Assembly: GCA_050253075.1 (NCBI GenBank)
Contig: JBFWJS010000001.1
Coordinates: 288,001-352,000 of the forward strand
DNA length: 64,000 bases
Source of the DNA: Deferribacterales bacterium
Lineage (GTDB): Bacteria; Chrysiogenota; Deferribacteres; Deferribacterales; Geovibrionaceae
Direction of reading: 5' to 3'
The notes below the pieces were generated by a model. The model worked only from the letters and a program-made list of their open reading frames with translations, was not told the DNA's origin and did not search any database. The position numbers and the translations under genes are program-made. Positions 29,830 to 38,817 of this stretch are shown here, piece after piece (the stretch's first letter is position 1; every line of letters starts with the position of its first letter).

Positions 29830-30816
29830 ATGCCTGATCTTAATACCAGCTTTATGGGTATTCCGCTGAAAAACCCTGTAATAGTGGGCAGCAGCACACT
29901 GACAGACACCCCTGAGAAAATTCAGGAACTGGAAAAGTGCGGTGCGGCGGCCGTCGTCCTTAAGTCCCTCTTTGAGGAAGAAGTGCGCAGCATGAACAAC
30001 TCTGCCAAATGCTGTAACTTCCACCCCGAGGCATACTATTACGACATTAGCGATGCGGGCATGCTGTACGGCATATCCGACTATCTCAGGCTGATAAAAG
30101 AGGCGAAGCAGGCGGCTAACATCCCCGTGATAGCCAGCATCTGCTGTGAGAATGCCGCATGGTGGTCCTCATACCCCGAACGCATAGCCAAAGCCGGAGC
30201 AGACGCCATAGAGCTGAACATCAACATGCTCTCCATGAATGCGAAGAAAGCTCCGTCTGAGATATATAAAGACACGCTGAACATCATAGAAACAGTGAAA
30301 AAGAGCACAAATATACCTTTTTCGGTGAAGCTGTCGCCCTATTGCTGTTCCATCCCGTATCTGGTGAAGATGCTGAAGGAAGCGGGCGTATACGGCGTCA
30401 CACTCTTTTCACGCCTTTTTGAAATGGGGATAAATCTCGAAGAGCTCGAGTGCGAACCCGCCAGCTATTACAGCAGCCCTGTGGAAACATATAAGGTGCT
30501 CAGATGGATAAATGTCGTCACCGAGCAGGTGGACATTGAGATATGCGGCAGCACAGGCGTGCACTCCGCCACCGAAGCATTACAGCACATACTCGCAGGC
30601 GCAGGAGCCGTGCAGATGGTATCCGCCATATATCAAAACGGCGCAGAGGTCATCACGCAGACTGTCGAAGGCATTGAAAAATATATGTATGACAAACAGT
30701 TTCAGAATATAAACGAACTCAAAGGATTTCTACGCACCAAACATAAAGACTTCGATCTGGTTTACTTCAATTCCCTGACTCACGATAGGTTCCAGCTCGA
30801 CAGTCATATGGGCTAG
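29830..30816 (+). CDS. dihydroorotate dehydrogenase-like flavoprotein
   Basis: LKNPVIVGSS, VLKSLFEEE, AIELNI, VKLSPY, GAGAVQMVS; GGAGG SD before ATG 29830. Confidence 0.9.
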   Translation: MPDLNTSFMGIPLKNPVIVGSSTLTDTPEKIQELEKCGAAAVVLKSLFEEEVRSMNNSAKCCNFHPEAYYYDISDAGMLYGISDYLRLIKEAKQAANIPVIASICCENAAWWSSYPERIAKAGADAIELNINMLSMNAKKAPSEIYKDTLNIIETVKKSTNIPFSVKLSPYCCSIPYLVKMLKEAGVYGVTLFSRLFEMGINLEELECEPASYYSSPVETYKVLRWINVVTEQVDIEICGSTGVHSATEALQHILAGAGAVQMVSAIYQNGAEVITQTVEGIEKYMYDKQFQNINELKGFLRTKHKDFDLVYFNSLTHDRFQLDSHMG

Positions 30817-30852
30817 AAATGTCATTATAGACCTGTTTCCCGATTTCCTAAC

Positions 30853-30882
30853 AAAAAGGGGGTGCATCCCTTAGCACCCCCC
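30853..30882 (-). terminator. rho-independent terminator between convergent genes
   Basis: GGGGGTGC/GCACCCCC stem with T5 tail on the minus strand. Confidence 0.75.
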
Positions 30883-30885
30883 GAT

Positions 30886-31329
30886 TTACTGTTCTGTAGT
30901 TATCTTTTCGCCGAATTCAGCGGCAAATTTCTTTATCAGCTTCCTGACCTCTTTCTTCCCTGCTTTTTCATAGGCTTCGTCAGGAGTCATCCATTTACGC
31001 TTTCGCAGGTCTTCCTCGGGCCAGTCTTTGTAAACCTTTGACACCAGCATGGGAAAGACTGTCACGGTACACTTACCGCCCCATTTCTCGGATTCATATC
31101 CGCCTATGGGCTCGTCCCATACACGTCCGAAGACACCCGCCTCTTCGTATGCTTCCTGTGCGGCGGATTCCTGCGGAGACATATAGGGCTCTATCACCCC
31201 TTTTGGTATTATCCACTTCTGCTTTTTACTGCTGGTGATAAGGAGTATCTGGAGCACGCCGTCCTTTACCCTGTATGGTATTACTCCTGATTGTCTGTAA
31301 AAATATTCGGGTACCGGGCTGAATTCCAT
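30886..31329 (-). CDS. NUDIX hydrolase (DIPP/Ap6A-like)
   Basis: QSGVIPYR, ILLITS, WIIPKG, AAQEAYEEAGV, WPEEDLRKRKW. Confidence 0.9.
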   Translation of the reverse strand: MEFSPVPEYFYRQSGVIPYRVKDGVLQILLITSSKKQKWIIPKGVIEPYMSPQESAAQEAYEEAGVFGRVWDEPIGGYESEKWGGKCTVTVFPMLVSKVYKDWPEEDLRKRKWMTPDEAYEKAGKKEVRKLIKKFAAEFGEKITTEQ

Positions 31330-31788
31330 CTATAACCCCTTTACTGCGAGATTTTTATTTTTATAACGGCTGTCCTTTGTGACCTCTGTGCCAAACCATG
31401 CGGGCACGTCGAAGCTGTCTGCGCTGCTGAGGGAAGGGAACTCCACCTCGGCTAGCACCAGTCCTTTCAGGTCACCGCTGAAAACATCCAGCTCACAGAC
31501 CAATCCGCCGGAGAGGGGTATCTTATAGCGTACTTTTTCAACCCTGCGCCCCGCCGTAAAAGGCCAGAATTTCTCGAATTCATCCTCGGTGATCTGTATC
31601 TCGGATTCCATTCTTTCGATGTCTCCGCCTGACTTCACCGTGATGTAGAACATTTCACCCTTTTCACGGATGCGCACTTCGCTGCCGTTTTCATCAAGGG
31701 CGATGTATCCCTGACGTATCTCCACGCTGGATGTAGGCATGGGCATTTTCGTCTTATCCGCCAGGAACTTTCTCTCTATTTCATTCAT
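31330..31788 (-). CDS. CYTH domain protein (triphosphate tunnel metalloenzyme)
   Basis: EIERKFL, IRQGY, EVRIR, VEKVRY, LAEVEF, WFGTEVT..RYKN. Confidence 0.92.
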   Translation of the reverse strand: MNEIERKFLADKTKMPMPTSSVEIRQGYIALDENGSEVRIREKGEMFYITVKSGGDIERMESEIQITEDEFEKFWPFTAGRRVEKVRYKIPLSGGLVCELDVFSGDLKGLVLAEVEFPSLSSADSFDVPAWFGTEVTKDSRYKNKNLAVKGL

Positions 31789-31800
31789 ATCTATATCCCT

Positions 31801-32640
31801 TTAAAGCTCTTTAAATACTTTTTTAATATGTTCGTAAAGGTACTCTATCACCTGAGTATTACCGCTTTTATGCAGAGTGATGGGCACATGTGGCAGCTCA
31901 GGGAAGCCCTCTTTGTGTCCGAGCTGTCTGTAGTCCCCCTCTCGGAAGACCCTGCTGAGCACGGGCGAGACAGCCATGCCCGACTTCACAGCACTGCGGA
32001 GCAGGCGTGAGCTCTCGGACTCGTATGCTATGCGGAACGGTATGCCCGCTTTGGTAAGCTGGCTTATCCCCGCCTTTCTCACAAGGCAGTAGTCCGGATA
32101 TATCGCCAGAGGCACTTCGCCCCCGCTGTATGTGTAACTGCGGGATGCCATCCATATCATCGGCTCATACCGAAGGAGGTGCCCGCTTGATTCATACTCC
32201 GCGAGGATGGCAATATCAAGCAACTTTTCGTCAATTCTTTGTTTGAGCTCCTGACTCGGCTTGCTGACAACGTTTACGCTGATATCGGGGAACTTCTCGG
32301 CGAAGCCCGACAATATCTTTGTAAAGACTATCGGCGTATATTCATCGGAAAGTCCGAAGTTCACAGTACCTTTCAGGCTGGTCTCCGACATGGCGAGGCA
32401 GGCTTCATCGTGGGAACGCAGGATGCAGGAGGCGTGCAGCATCAGCTTCTCCCCTGCGGAGGTGAGTGTGAGCGTTTTGCCGTTTTGCATGAAGAGAGGC
32501 TTCCCAATCTCATCGCTGAGCCGCTTCATCTGAAGGCTGACAGCGGACTGGGTCTTGAAAAGCCTCTCCGATGCTCTGGTGAAGTTCATCTCCTCCACGA
32601 CTACAGAAAATGTCCGAAGGAGATCTATGGATAATTGCAT
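31801..32640 (-). CDS. LysR family transcriptional regulator
   Basis: LLRTF...NFTRASERLFKTQSAVSLQMKRL HTH and substrate-binding domain. Confidence 0.93.
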   Translation of the reverse strand: MQLSIDLLRTFSVVVEEMNFTRASERLFKTQSAVSLQMKRLSDEIGKPLFMQNGKTLTLTSAGEKLMLHASCILRSHDEACLAMSETSLKGTVNFGLSDEYTPIVFTKILSGFAEKFPDISVNVVSKPSQELKQRIDEKLLDIAILAEYESSGHLLRYEPMIWMASRSYTYSGGEVPLAIYPDYCLVRKAGISQLTKAGIPFRIAYESESSRLLRSAVKSGMAVSPVLSRVFREGDYRQLGHKEGFPELPHVPITLHKSGNTQVIEYLYEHIKKVFKEL

Positions 32641-32645
32641 AGCGC

Positions 32646-32674
32646 ACCATAATATATTTTTATGATAATGTCAA
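32646..32674 (-). promoter_or_regulatory. lysR promoter overlapped by a LysR box
   Basis: Minus strand TTGACA-17bp-TATGGT, 5 nt before ATG; CATAA-N7-TTATG palindrome (32648-64) containing T-N11-A. Confidence 0.65.
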
Positions 32675-32733
32675 AAACCATTAATTAGACTTATGGTTAT
32701 TTTTATATTAGCCTCTTAGAAAAGGAGGCAACT

Positions 32734-33075
32734 ATGAGTGTAGTTTCGAAACAGGACAGAACCAGAAAAGGCTTCATGGATTTCTTTAACGAGCAGGGGG
32801 GCGAGCTCTCCGAGATGTTCCTCTCTCACTATGCCAAGACATACGAAGACGGCATCTTCAGCGCAAAGGTAAAGAGGCTGATGGCTATGATAGGCGCACT
32901 GGCTGCGGGCTGTGAGGGATGTATAGTCGGGCAGTGCCGCAGAGCAATAGACCTCGGCGCAACCAGAGCAGAGATAATCGAGGCGTGCGGAGTGGTCGTT
33001 TCCCTCGGCGGGACAATGGCAGGCTCCAGGGTGTCTCTCATCATGCAGGTGATGGAAGAGCTTGAAGTAAAATAA
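32734..33075 (+). CDS. carboxymuconolactone decarboxylase (CMD/AhpD-like) family protein
   Basis: GIFSAKVKRLMA...AAGCEGCI...GATRAEIIEA; CxxC; AGGAGG SD; divergent from lysR. Confidence 0.9.
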   Translation: MSVVSKQDRTRKGFMDFFNEQGGELSEMFLSHYAKTYEDGIFSAKVKRLMAMIGALAAGCEGCIVGQCRRAIDLGATRAEIIEACGVVVSLGGTMAGSRVSLIMQVMEELEVK

Positions 33076-33114
33076 TCTTGCTTTTGGGCAGAGCCGGGAA
33101 TAACATAAGCTGAT

Positions 33115-34020
33115 ATGGGATTTATCATTCTGCTTACTCAGTCGGTTCTGCCTATATTCATCATATTAGGCATAGCCAATTTTTATTACCGTAAATTCAA
33201 GCCCGACATTGCCCAGCTTGTAAACGTTTCTTTATACGTTTTTGTCCCTTCGGTGGTTTTCCACTCTATGGTGAGGGAGAAGATAGGCATACTCGAACTT
33301 GGCAAATACCTTCTGCTTATGGTGCTGGTGACTGCCGCCCTGATGCTGGTGGGGCACATCGGCGGAAAGATGCTGAGGCTTTCGAAAAGCAACGTGACGC
33401 TCTTTATGCTCAGTGTTTCGATGATAAATATAGGCAATTTCGGCGTACCGCTCATCTTTTTCACATACGGAGATGCGGGCACGAACCCTTCGATACTGAC
33501 ATTTGTGGCGTTTAACCTGCCTCTGGTGACCATCGCCATATACCTTTCCAGTAATGAATCCACGATGAAAGGCGCTTTGAAAGATGTGATGAGGATACCG
33601 ATATTTCACGCATCCGTAGTAGCGATAATAATAAACAGCCTCGCCATACCTGTCCCCGATACTATTCTGAAGCTGACGGGTTTCTTAGGTCAGGCGGCGT
33701 TCCCTTTTGTGATATTCATCCTCGGTCTGCAGCTGGCTACGATAAAGCTGAACCCGGGGATAATGAAGGTCGCCATGACATCCGTGATAATAAGGCTCGG
33801 CGTTTCGCCGTTCATAGCGGCGGCTTTCCTGCATCTGCTCTCTTTCGAGGGGCTCCCCTATTCTGTCACGATGGTACAGATAGCAGGGCCTTCGGCTCTG
33901 ATGCCTCTGATGTATGCTATTAAATTCGGCAAGAATGCCGACCTGCTCGCCGCTGCCATACTTCTCAGCACGGCTCTCTCCGCACTGACGCTCCCTCTCG
34001 TAATATACCTCGTGGGCTAG
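33115..34020 (+). CDS. AEC (auxin efflux carrier) family transporter
   Basis: About 10 TM helices, NIGNFGVPL, FILGLQL, GPSA. Confidence 0.88.
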   Translation: MGFIILLTQSVLPIFIILGIANFYYRKFKPDIAQLVNVSLYVFVPSVVFHSMVREKIGILELGKYLLLMVLVTAALMLVGHIGGKMLRLSKSNVTLFMLSVSMINIGNFGVPLIFFTYGDAGTNPSILTFVAFNLPLVTIAIYLSSNESTMKGALKDVMRIPIFHASVVAIIINSLAIPVPDTILKLTGFLGQAAFPFVIFILGLQLATIKLNPGIMKVAMTSVIIRLGVSPFIAAAFLHLLSFEGLPYSVTMVQIAGPSALMPLMYAIKFGKNADLLAAAILLSTALSALTLPLVIYLVG

Positions 34021-34023
34021 CCT

Positions 34024-34677
34024 CTACCCCAGAGCTTTGGAGATATCCAGCGATGCCTTGAACCCGCTGATGAGGTGTCTCGGCTTTCTGTTTATCTTCT
34101 CGGTCAGCTTGTCTGCCAGCTTATGCATCTCTTCCCTGTTGTCCGCTGTCTGTGTGAGGAATCCCGCCTCCAGCATGAATTCCGCATCGAAAGCATTCCC
34201 CGAAAGGAAGAATCGGCTGGCGTACCCGCTCTTCATCAGCCTCGGCACGGACTGTGTCCCGCCGAAACCTGTGATGATGCCGAGCTTTGAGCCGGGGTGT
34301 GCAAATTTGCTCTGTTTTGTCGCTATGCGCAGGTCGCACGCTGAAGCAAAATCAAGCCCCCCGCCCATGCAGAACCCGTCTATCTCTGCCACCACCACCT
34401 GAGGCGTGGTACGCAGAAGCCCGAAGAATGTATTCCCCAGCCTCGAAAACCATTTGGCATCAAAGCCCGAGTAAGTAAACATCGTCTTAAGATCCGCACC
34501 GACGGCAAAGCATCTGTTGTGTCCGATGATGCGCATCACCTTCGCAGGGGTGTCCTGCATTTTACGCACGGCAGAGATAAGCTGTTTCAGCGTCTCCACG
34601 TCTAATATGGTAAACTGCCCTTCGGCAGGTTTCATCTCTATATAGGCTGTCAGCCCGTCTACTCTTGTCTCTATCAT
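34024..34677 (-). CDS. enoyl-CoA hydratase/isomerase (crotonase) family protein lacking the canonical glutamates
   Basis: FAVGADL, IDGFCMGGGLDFASACDLRIA, HPGSKLGIITGFGGTQ; start 34677 is 1 nt after the upstream stop. Confidence 0.85.
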   Translation of the reverse strand: MIETRVDGLTAYIEMKPAEGQFTILDVETLKQLISAVRKMQDTPAKVMRIIGHNRCFAVGADLKTMFTYSGFDAKWFSRLGNTFFGLLRTTPQVVVAEIDGFCMGGGLDFASACDLRIATKQSKFAHPGSKLGIITGFGGTQSVPRLMKSGYASRFFLSGNAFDAEFMLEAGFLTQTADNREEMHKLADKLTEKINRKPRHLISGFKASLDISKALG

Positions 34678-34678
34678 A

Positions 34679-35479
34679 TCAGAACCTGTAGTCTTCCCAT
34701 CTGTCTTTGAACTCCGCTTCACGCTTTTCGATGAATGCTTTCATCCCTTCGCTTTTGTCGTAAGTGGTAAAGCAGAAGGTGAACGCATTCTGCTCTATCA
34801 GGAGCCCCTTGTCGAAGTCCATATCGACGGTATTGTTTATCGTCTCTTTGGCGAGACCGATGGCGAAAGAGCTGCGTGTTGCGATCAGCCCGCAGAACTC
34901 CTCTGCCTTTTCATCCATGACGGCCTTGTCCGTGAATATCTTTGTGACCATGCCTTTCTCGAAAAGTTCTTCGGGTGTGACACTGTCCCCCGTGAAGACG
35001 AGGTATTTCACGAATGATTCGTATATCTTTCTCGATGCGAGCTGTGTGCCTCCGAAGCCCGGCATAAAGCCGAACTCTGTCTCGGGGAATCCGAAACGGC
35101 TGTGCGCCGTGGCGAAAAGCATGTCGCATGCAAGCCCCAGCTCAAACGCAGGGCCGAAGCAGTCGCCGTCCACAAGCATCAGCACGGGCTTCTTCATCCC
35201 TCTGATGGTGCTTATGATGCGCTGACCCCTGAGGTTATAGTTCTTCGCCTCTATGTGGTCGAGCTTTTCGAGCTTTGCTATATTATGCCCACGGGAGAAG
35301 ACCCCCTCCTGCCCGCTTTCTATCACTATTATATCTGCATCTCTGAGCCCTTCTCCTTCCGAGAGGGCATCGAGCAGTGAATTCATCATATCCAGACAAA
35401 ATAAGTTCCCGTCCGTGGGGCATCCGAGCCTGATGTGATAGGCTCTGTTCTTTAATCCTGTTTCAAGAGTGTTTTTCAT
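34679..35479 (-). CDS. enoyl-CoA hydratase/isomerase (crotonase) family protein
   Basis: KKPV, VDGDCFGPAFELGLACD, FPETEFGFMPGFGGTQ, EGMKAFIEKR. Confidence 0.88.
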   Translation of the reverse strand: MKNTLETGLKNRAYHIRLGCPTDGNLFCLDMMNSLLDALSEGEGLRDADIIVIESGQEGVFSRGHNIAKLEKLDHIEAKNYNLRGQRIISTIRGMKKPVLMLVDGDCFGPAFELGLACDMLFATAHSRFGFPETEFGFMPGFGGTQLASRKIYESFVKYLVFTGDSVTPEELFEKGMVTKIFTDKAVMDEKAEEFCGLIATRSSFAIGLAKETINNTVDMDFDKGLLIEQNAFTFCFTTYDKSEGMKAFIEKREAEFKDRWEDYRF

Positions 35480-35782
35480 CTAAATCCTCGTCAAAATAAC
35501 AATTAATAAGAATACTAATATGGCAATGCAGTAAACTGCGTATTTTACAGGTTTGGCAAATATGAAGTACAGCGACAGGTATATAAGCACCAGTGCGGGC
35601 GTGCTGATCATTATGTATGTACCGATATACATGATGCCTGCGCCGTTTCGAAAGAAGTTCTGCATGGTGACATGCTCGTCGTACAGACCAAAGAAGGACA
35701 TGACGACACCCGCAAACATGAACCCCAGCGCAGAAAGCACGCCTAAGCGCATCACCTTTGAAACACCTGATTCGGGCATCAT
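35480..35782 (-). CDS. small membrane protein, DUF1634-like
   Basis: Three TM helices, MRLGV...GTYIMISTP; follows a TauE/SafE gene, the usual context for this family. Confidence 0.7.
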   Translation of the reverse strand: MMPESGVSKVMRLGVLSALGFMFAGVVMSFFGLYDEHVTMQNFFRNGAGIMYIGTYIMISTPALVLIYLSLYFIFAKPVKYAVYCIAILVFLLIVILTRI

Positions 35783-36603
35783 GACATCACCGCCTTATAA
35801 ACCATCTGCAGGGCGACAAATATCACAAAGAGGATGAAGAACATCTTTATCCGCTTGTTCTGAACCTTTGCGAGACGCCCCGTGGCAAACTTTGACCCTG
35901 CGAATGCACCTATGACCATTGTGCCTGCTGCTGCGGGGTGAAAGAATCCTTTCATAAGATAAGGCACGGCACCCGCCGCCGCCGTGAAGCATATCATAAA
36001 GTTGCTCGTGGCTGTGGCAGCCTTCAGAGGCACACGGGAGATCACGTTCATAGCGGGCACCTTAAACACTCCGCCGCCGAGGCCGAGCATCCCCGAGGAT
36101 ATCCCTGCCAGAAAGGCGACTATCATACTCTTTTCAGGCTTGACCACGTGATACTGTTCAAGGTCTCCTGTGGAAGCGTTCAGGTATTCCCTGTCGAACT
36201 CGCCGGACACATCGGGCTTTAAAGTTTCGATGTCTTCACGCTCGGACTTCCTCCACATTATATATGCGGTGACAAACATCACCGCCGCAAAGACAGCCGA
36301 GAGAACCTTTCCGCTGATATTGACACTGGCGAATCCTCCGCCCACTGCACCGAGTATCGCAGCGAACTCCAGATACAGAGCCAGCTTTATATTCACCATA
36401 TTTTTAAGCATGTTAACTGATGTGATGCTGAGGCTGGAAGCCACAACGACAACGAGAGAGACGGCAACCGCCTCATGCACGGGAAACCCGAAAAAGACAA
36501 CAAGTATAGGCACAATGAGTGCGCCTCCGCCTATCCCCAGCAGATACGCCAGCACAGCCGAAGCAAACCCGAGCACCAAAAGCCCCGCAAGCTCTAAGAC
36601 CAA
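35779..36603 (-). CDS. sulfite exporter TauE/SafE family permease
   Basis: LGIGGGALIVP, SGMLGLGGGVFKVP, KAATATSNF; TTG start with GAGAGG SD. Confidence 0.9.
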   Translation of the reverse strand: MVLELAGLLVLGFASAVLAYLLGIGGGALIVPILVVFFGFPVHEAVAVSLVVVVASSLSITSVNMLKNMVNIKLALYLEFAAILGAVGGGFASVNISGKVLSAVFAAVMFVTAYIMWRKSEREDIETLKPDVSGEFDREYLNASTGDLEQYHVVKPEKSMIVAFLAGISSGMLGLGGGVFKVPAMNVISRVPLKAATATSNFMICFTAAAGAVPYLMKGFFHPAAAGTMVIGAFAGSKFATGRLAKVQNKRIKMFFILFVIFVALQMVYKAVMS

Positions 36604-36639
36604 TTTAAGACCTCTCGATTTAGTAAACGGTATAGTTTA

Positions 36640-37503
36640 CTACTTTTTTCCCGTCAGATAAACACCGAATCCTACTAAGCACATACTGACGGCATCCATA
36701 TATGTGAGGGTCTCGCCCAGAATGAAATAAGCGACGAAGCCCGTGAAAACGGGCAGACTGTAATATACAGCACCTGTGCGGGCAGCGCCTATCATGGTGA
36801 CAGCCCTGTTCCAAAACATATAGGAGGCAAATGATGCAAAAGCACCTATGTATATAAAGCTCAGCACCTGCTTTGTGCCGAAGTTTGTCGGGGCGAAGAA
36901 GAACTCCTGCACCAGATAAACAGGCAGAAGCATCAGAAAGCCGAGTACGAATGTCACAAAGATAAGGGCGTTTATGCTTATCTCCACGGGCTTTTTCCTC
37001 ACCAGAACGGTATATGTGGCGAATATCCCCGCAGCGGCGAGCATTATAAAATCACCGACGGCGACATTCATATTAAGTATGCGCATAGGCGAACCGTCCG
37101 TGATAAGGAGCAGTATGCCGAACATCGCAACGCAAAACCCCGCAAGGTTCACCATGCTCAGCTTCTCTCCGCTGATGAGTGCGAATATTAATATCACGAC
37201 GGGCGTGACGGTGGATATCACTGCTATGTTAAACGCTGTGGTAGTGTGCGCCGCCGTGTATAGCAGTGTGTTGAAGAGTGCCACCCCGATGAAAGCCAGA
37301 AGCGTAAGATAACGCCAGTATTTCCGCACGTGTTTCCGCTCTCTGCGGTATGCGGGGTATGTGGCGGGTATACAGACCAGAAGGGCGACAGCCCACCGCC
37401 AGAAAGCGACGCTTATGGCAGGCTCGCTCTCCGCAAGGAAACGTGCCGCAACGGCATTGCCCGACCATATCAGAGTAGCCAGAAGTGCGTATAGATATCC
37501 CAT
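36640..37503 (-). CDS. DMT/EamA family transporter
   Basis: LIWSGNAVAAR, two EamA repeats, about 10 TM helices. Confidence 0.9.
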   Translation of the reverse strand: MGYLYALLATLIWSGNAVAARFLAESEPAISVAFWRWAVALLVCIPATYPAYRRERKHVRKYWRYLTLLAFIGVALFNTLLYTAAHTTTAFNIAVISTVTPVVILIFALISGEKLSMVNLAGFCVAMFGILLLITDGSPMRILNMNVAVGDFIMLAAAGIFATYTVLVRKKPVEISINALIFVTFVLGFLMLLPVYLVQEFFFAPTNFGTKQVLSFIYIGAFASFASYMFWNRAVTMIGAARTGAVYYSLPVFTGFVAYFILGETLTYMDAVSMCLVGFGVYLTGKK

Positions 37504-37515
37504 CGATCACCTTAT

Positions 37516-37621
37516 GTCATTCTGAGGAAGAATTTTATATTCTGACGTGAGAATCTAAGCCTGATGTAAACAAATAACCTTCGGGCTGAGATTGCCGTGT
37601 CGCGATGCTCCTCGCAATGAC
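37516..37621. repeat. REP-like palindromic repeat, copy 3 (both arms)
   Basis: Left arm GTCATTCTGAGG...GTGAGAATCT (37516-56); right arm CGGGCTGAGATTGCCGTGTCGCGATGCTCCTCGCAATGAC (37582-621); GTCATT/AATGAC termini are inverted. Confidence 0.8.
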
Positions 37622-37755
37622 GTTAATAAATTATTAGATAAACAGCATCTGCCGTATGTGCAGAGCACTCGGCATACCACCTTATATACAGCCTCAAAGA
37701 GCTAACTTTGTTGACAAATACGGGGATATGTTTATATTCGCATAAAAGAATTAGG

Positions 37756-38817
37756 ATGGCGACATTGAAAATATTATTTTTTAATCCTTCGTATATGGGT
37801 GATTCCGTACTCACGACACCACTTATCAAAGCCGTGAAAAAGCGCTACCCCGACAGCTATATAGCTTTCTGTGTGAGACCAGAGAACGCACAGCTCTTCG
37901 AGGGAGTTGATTTTATCGACGAGGTCATCACCTTTGATAAAAGGCACAGCGAAAGCGGTCTGAAAGGCACGCTCAGCTTCGTACATAAAATACGCGAGAA
38001 AAAGTTCGACATGGTCTTTTCCCCGCATATGTCCCTGCGCACCAGCATTATAATGTACCTCTCACACATCCCCGAGAGGATAGGATTTGTGGAGAGTCCA
38101 TTTTCCACATGCTACAGCAAAAACTGCGCAAAGGACATGACACTGCACGAGGTGGAGAGATACCTTCTCCTTTACTTCATAGAGTTCAACGAATTCCCCG
38201 GCAAGGTTATCATGCCCGAGGTATACGTGGACAAAGAGCTTCAGGCGAAATACAAAGCAGAACTGCCCGAGGGCAAGCTGGTCGGTATCAACGCAGGGAG
38301 CGTGTGGAATACTAAAAAGTGGCCCGCAGCAAAATTTGCCGAGGTGGCGGACAGCCTTAAAGAGAGAGGCTATGTGCCTGTCATCATAGGCTCGCCCGAC
38401 GACAAGCCCGACGTGGACAAGCTGATGCTCGCTGCGAAGTATGACCATATCAACTACTGCGGTAAAACCAGCCTGAGAGAGCTCCCCGCTCTGATAGCGA
38501 ACTTCAGCTATCTGGTGACAAACGACAGCGGATCAATGCACATAGCCACTGCATGCGGTGTGCCGTGTATCGCCATATTCGGCCCCACTGTCAAGGAACT
38601 AGGATTCTATCCATACGACGAACAGTCCCTCGTGGCGGAGATACAGGGTCTGCCTTGCCGTCCATGCGGAAAGCACGGCGGAAACAAATGCCCGAAAGGA
38701 CATTTCAAATGTATGGAAGAGATATCACCTGCGAATGTTCTGGCGCTCTTCGGCGAAGTTTCGAAACCTATCGAACAGCCTAGAATACCTAAATATAAAA
38801 CCGAACCGGTCGACTAG
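37756..38817 (+). CDS. glycosyltransferase family 9, LPS heptosyltransferase (WaaF-like)
   Basis: KILFFNPSYMGDSVLTTP, GSVWNTKKWP, VTNDSGSMHIA, AIFGPT; start 37756 (ATG) or 37765 (TTG). Confidence 0.9.
   Translation: MATLKILFFNPSYMGDSVLTTPLIKAVKKRYPDSYIAFCVRPENAQLFEGVDFIDEVITFDKRHSESGLKGTLSFVHKIREKKFDMVFSPHMSLRTSIIMYLSHIPERIGFVESPFSTCYSKNCAKDMTLHEVERYLLLYFIEFNEFPGKVIMPEVYVDKELQAKYKAELPEGKLVGINAGSVWNTKKWPAAKFAEVADSLKERGYVPVIIGSPDDKPDVDKLMLAAKYDHINYCGKTSLRELPALIANFSYLVTNDSGSMHIATACGVPCIAIFGPTVKELGFYPYDEQSLVAEIQGLPCRPCGKHGGNKCPKGHFKCMEEISPANVLALFGEVSKPIEQPRIPKYKTEPVD

Noticed and set aside
8569..37621. Repeat copies as a CRISPR array
   Set aside because: Copies are kilobases apart and degenerate, with no regular spacers and no cas genes
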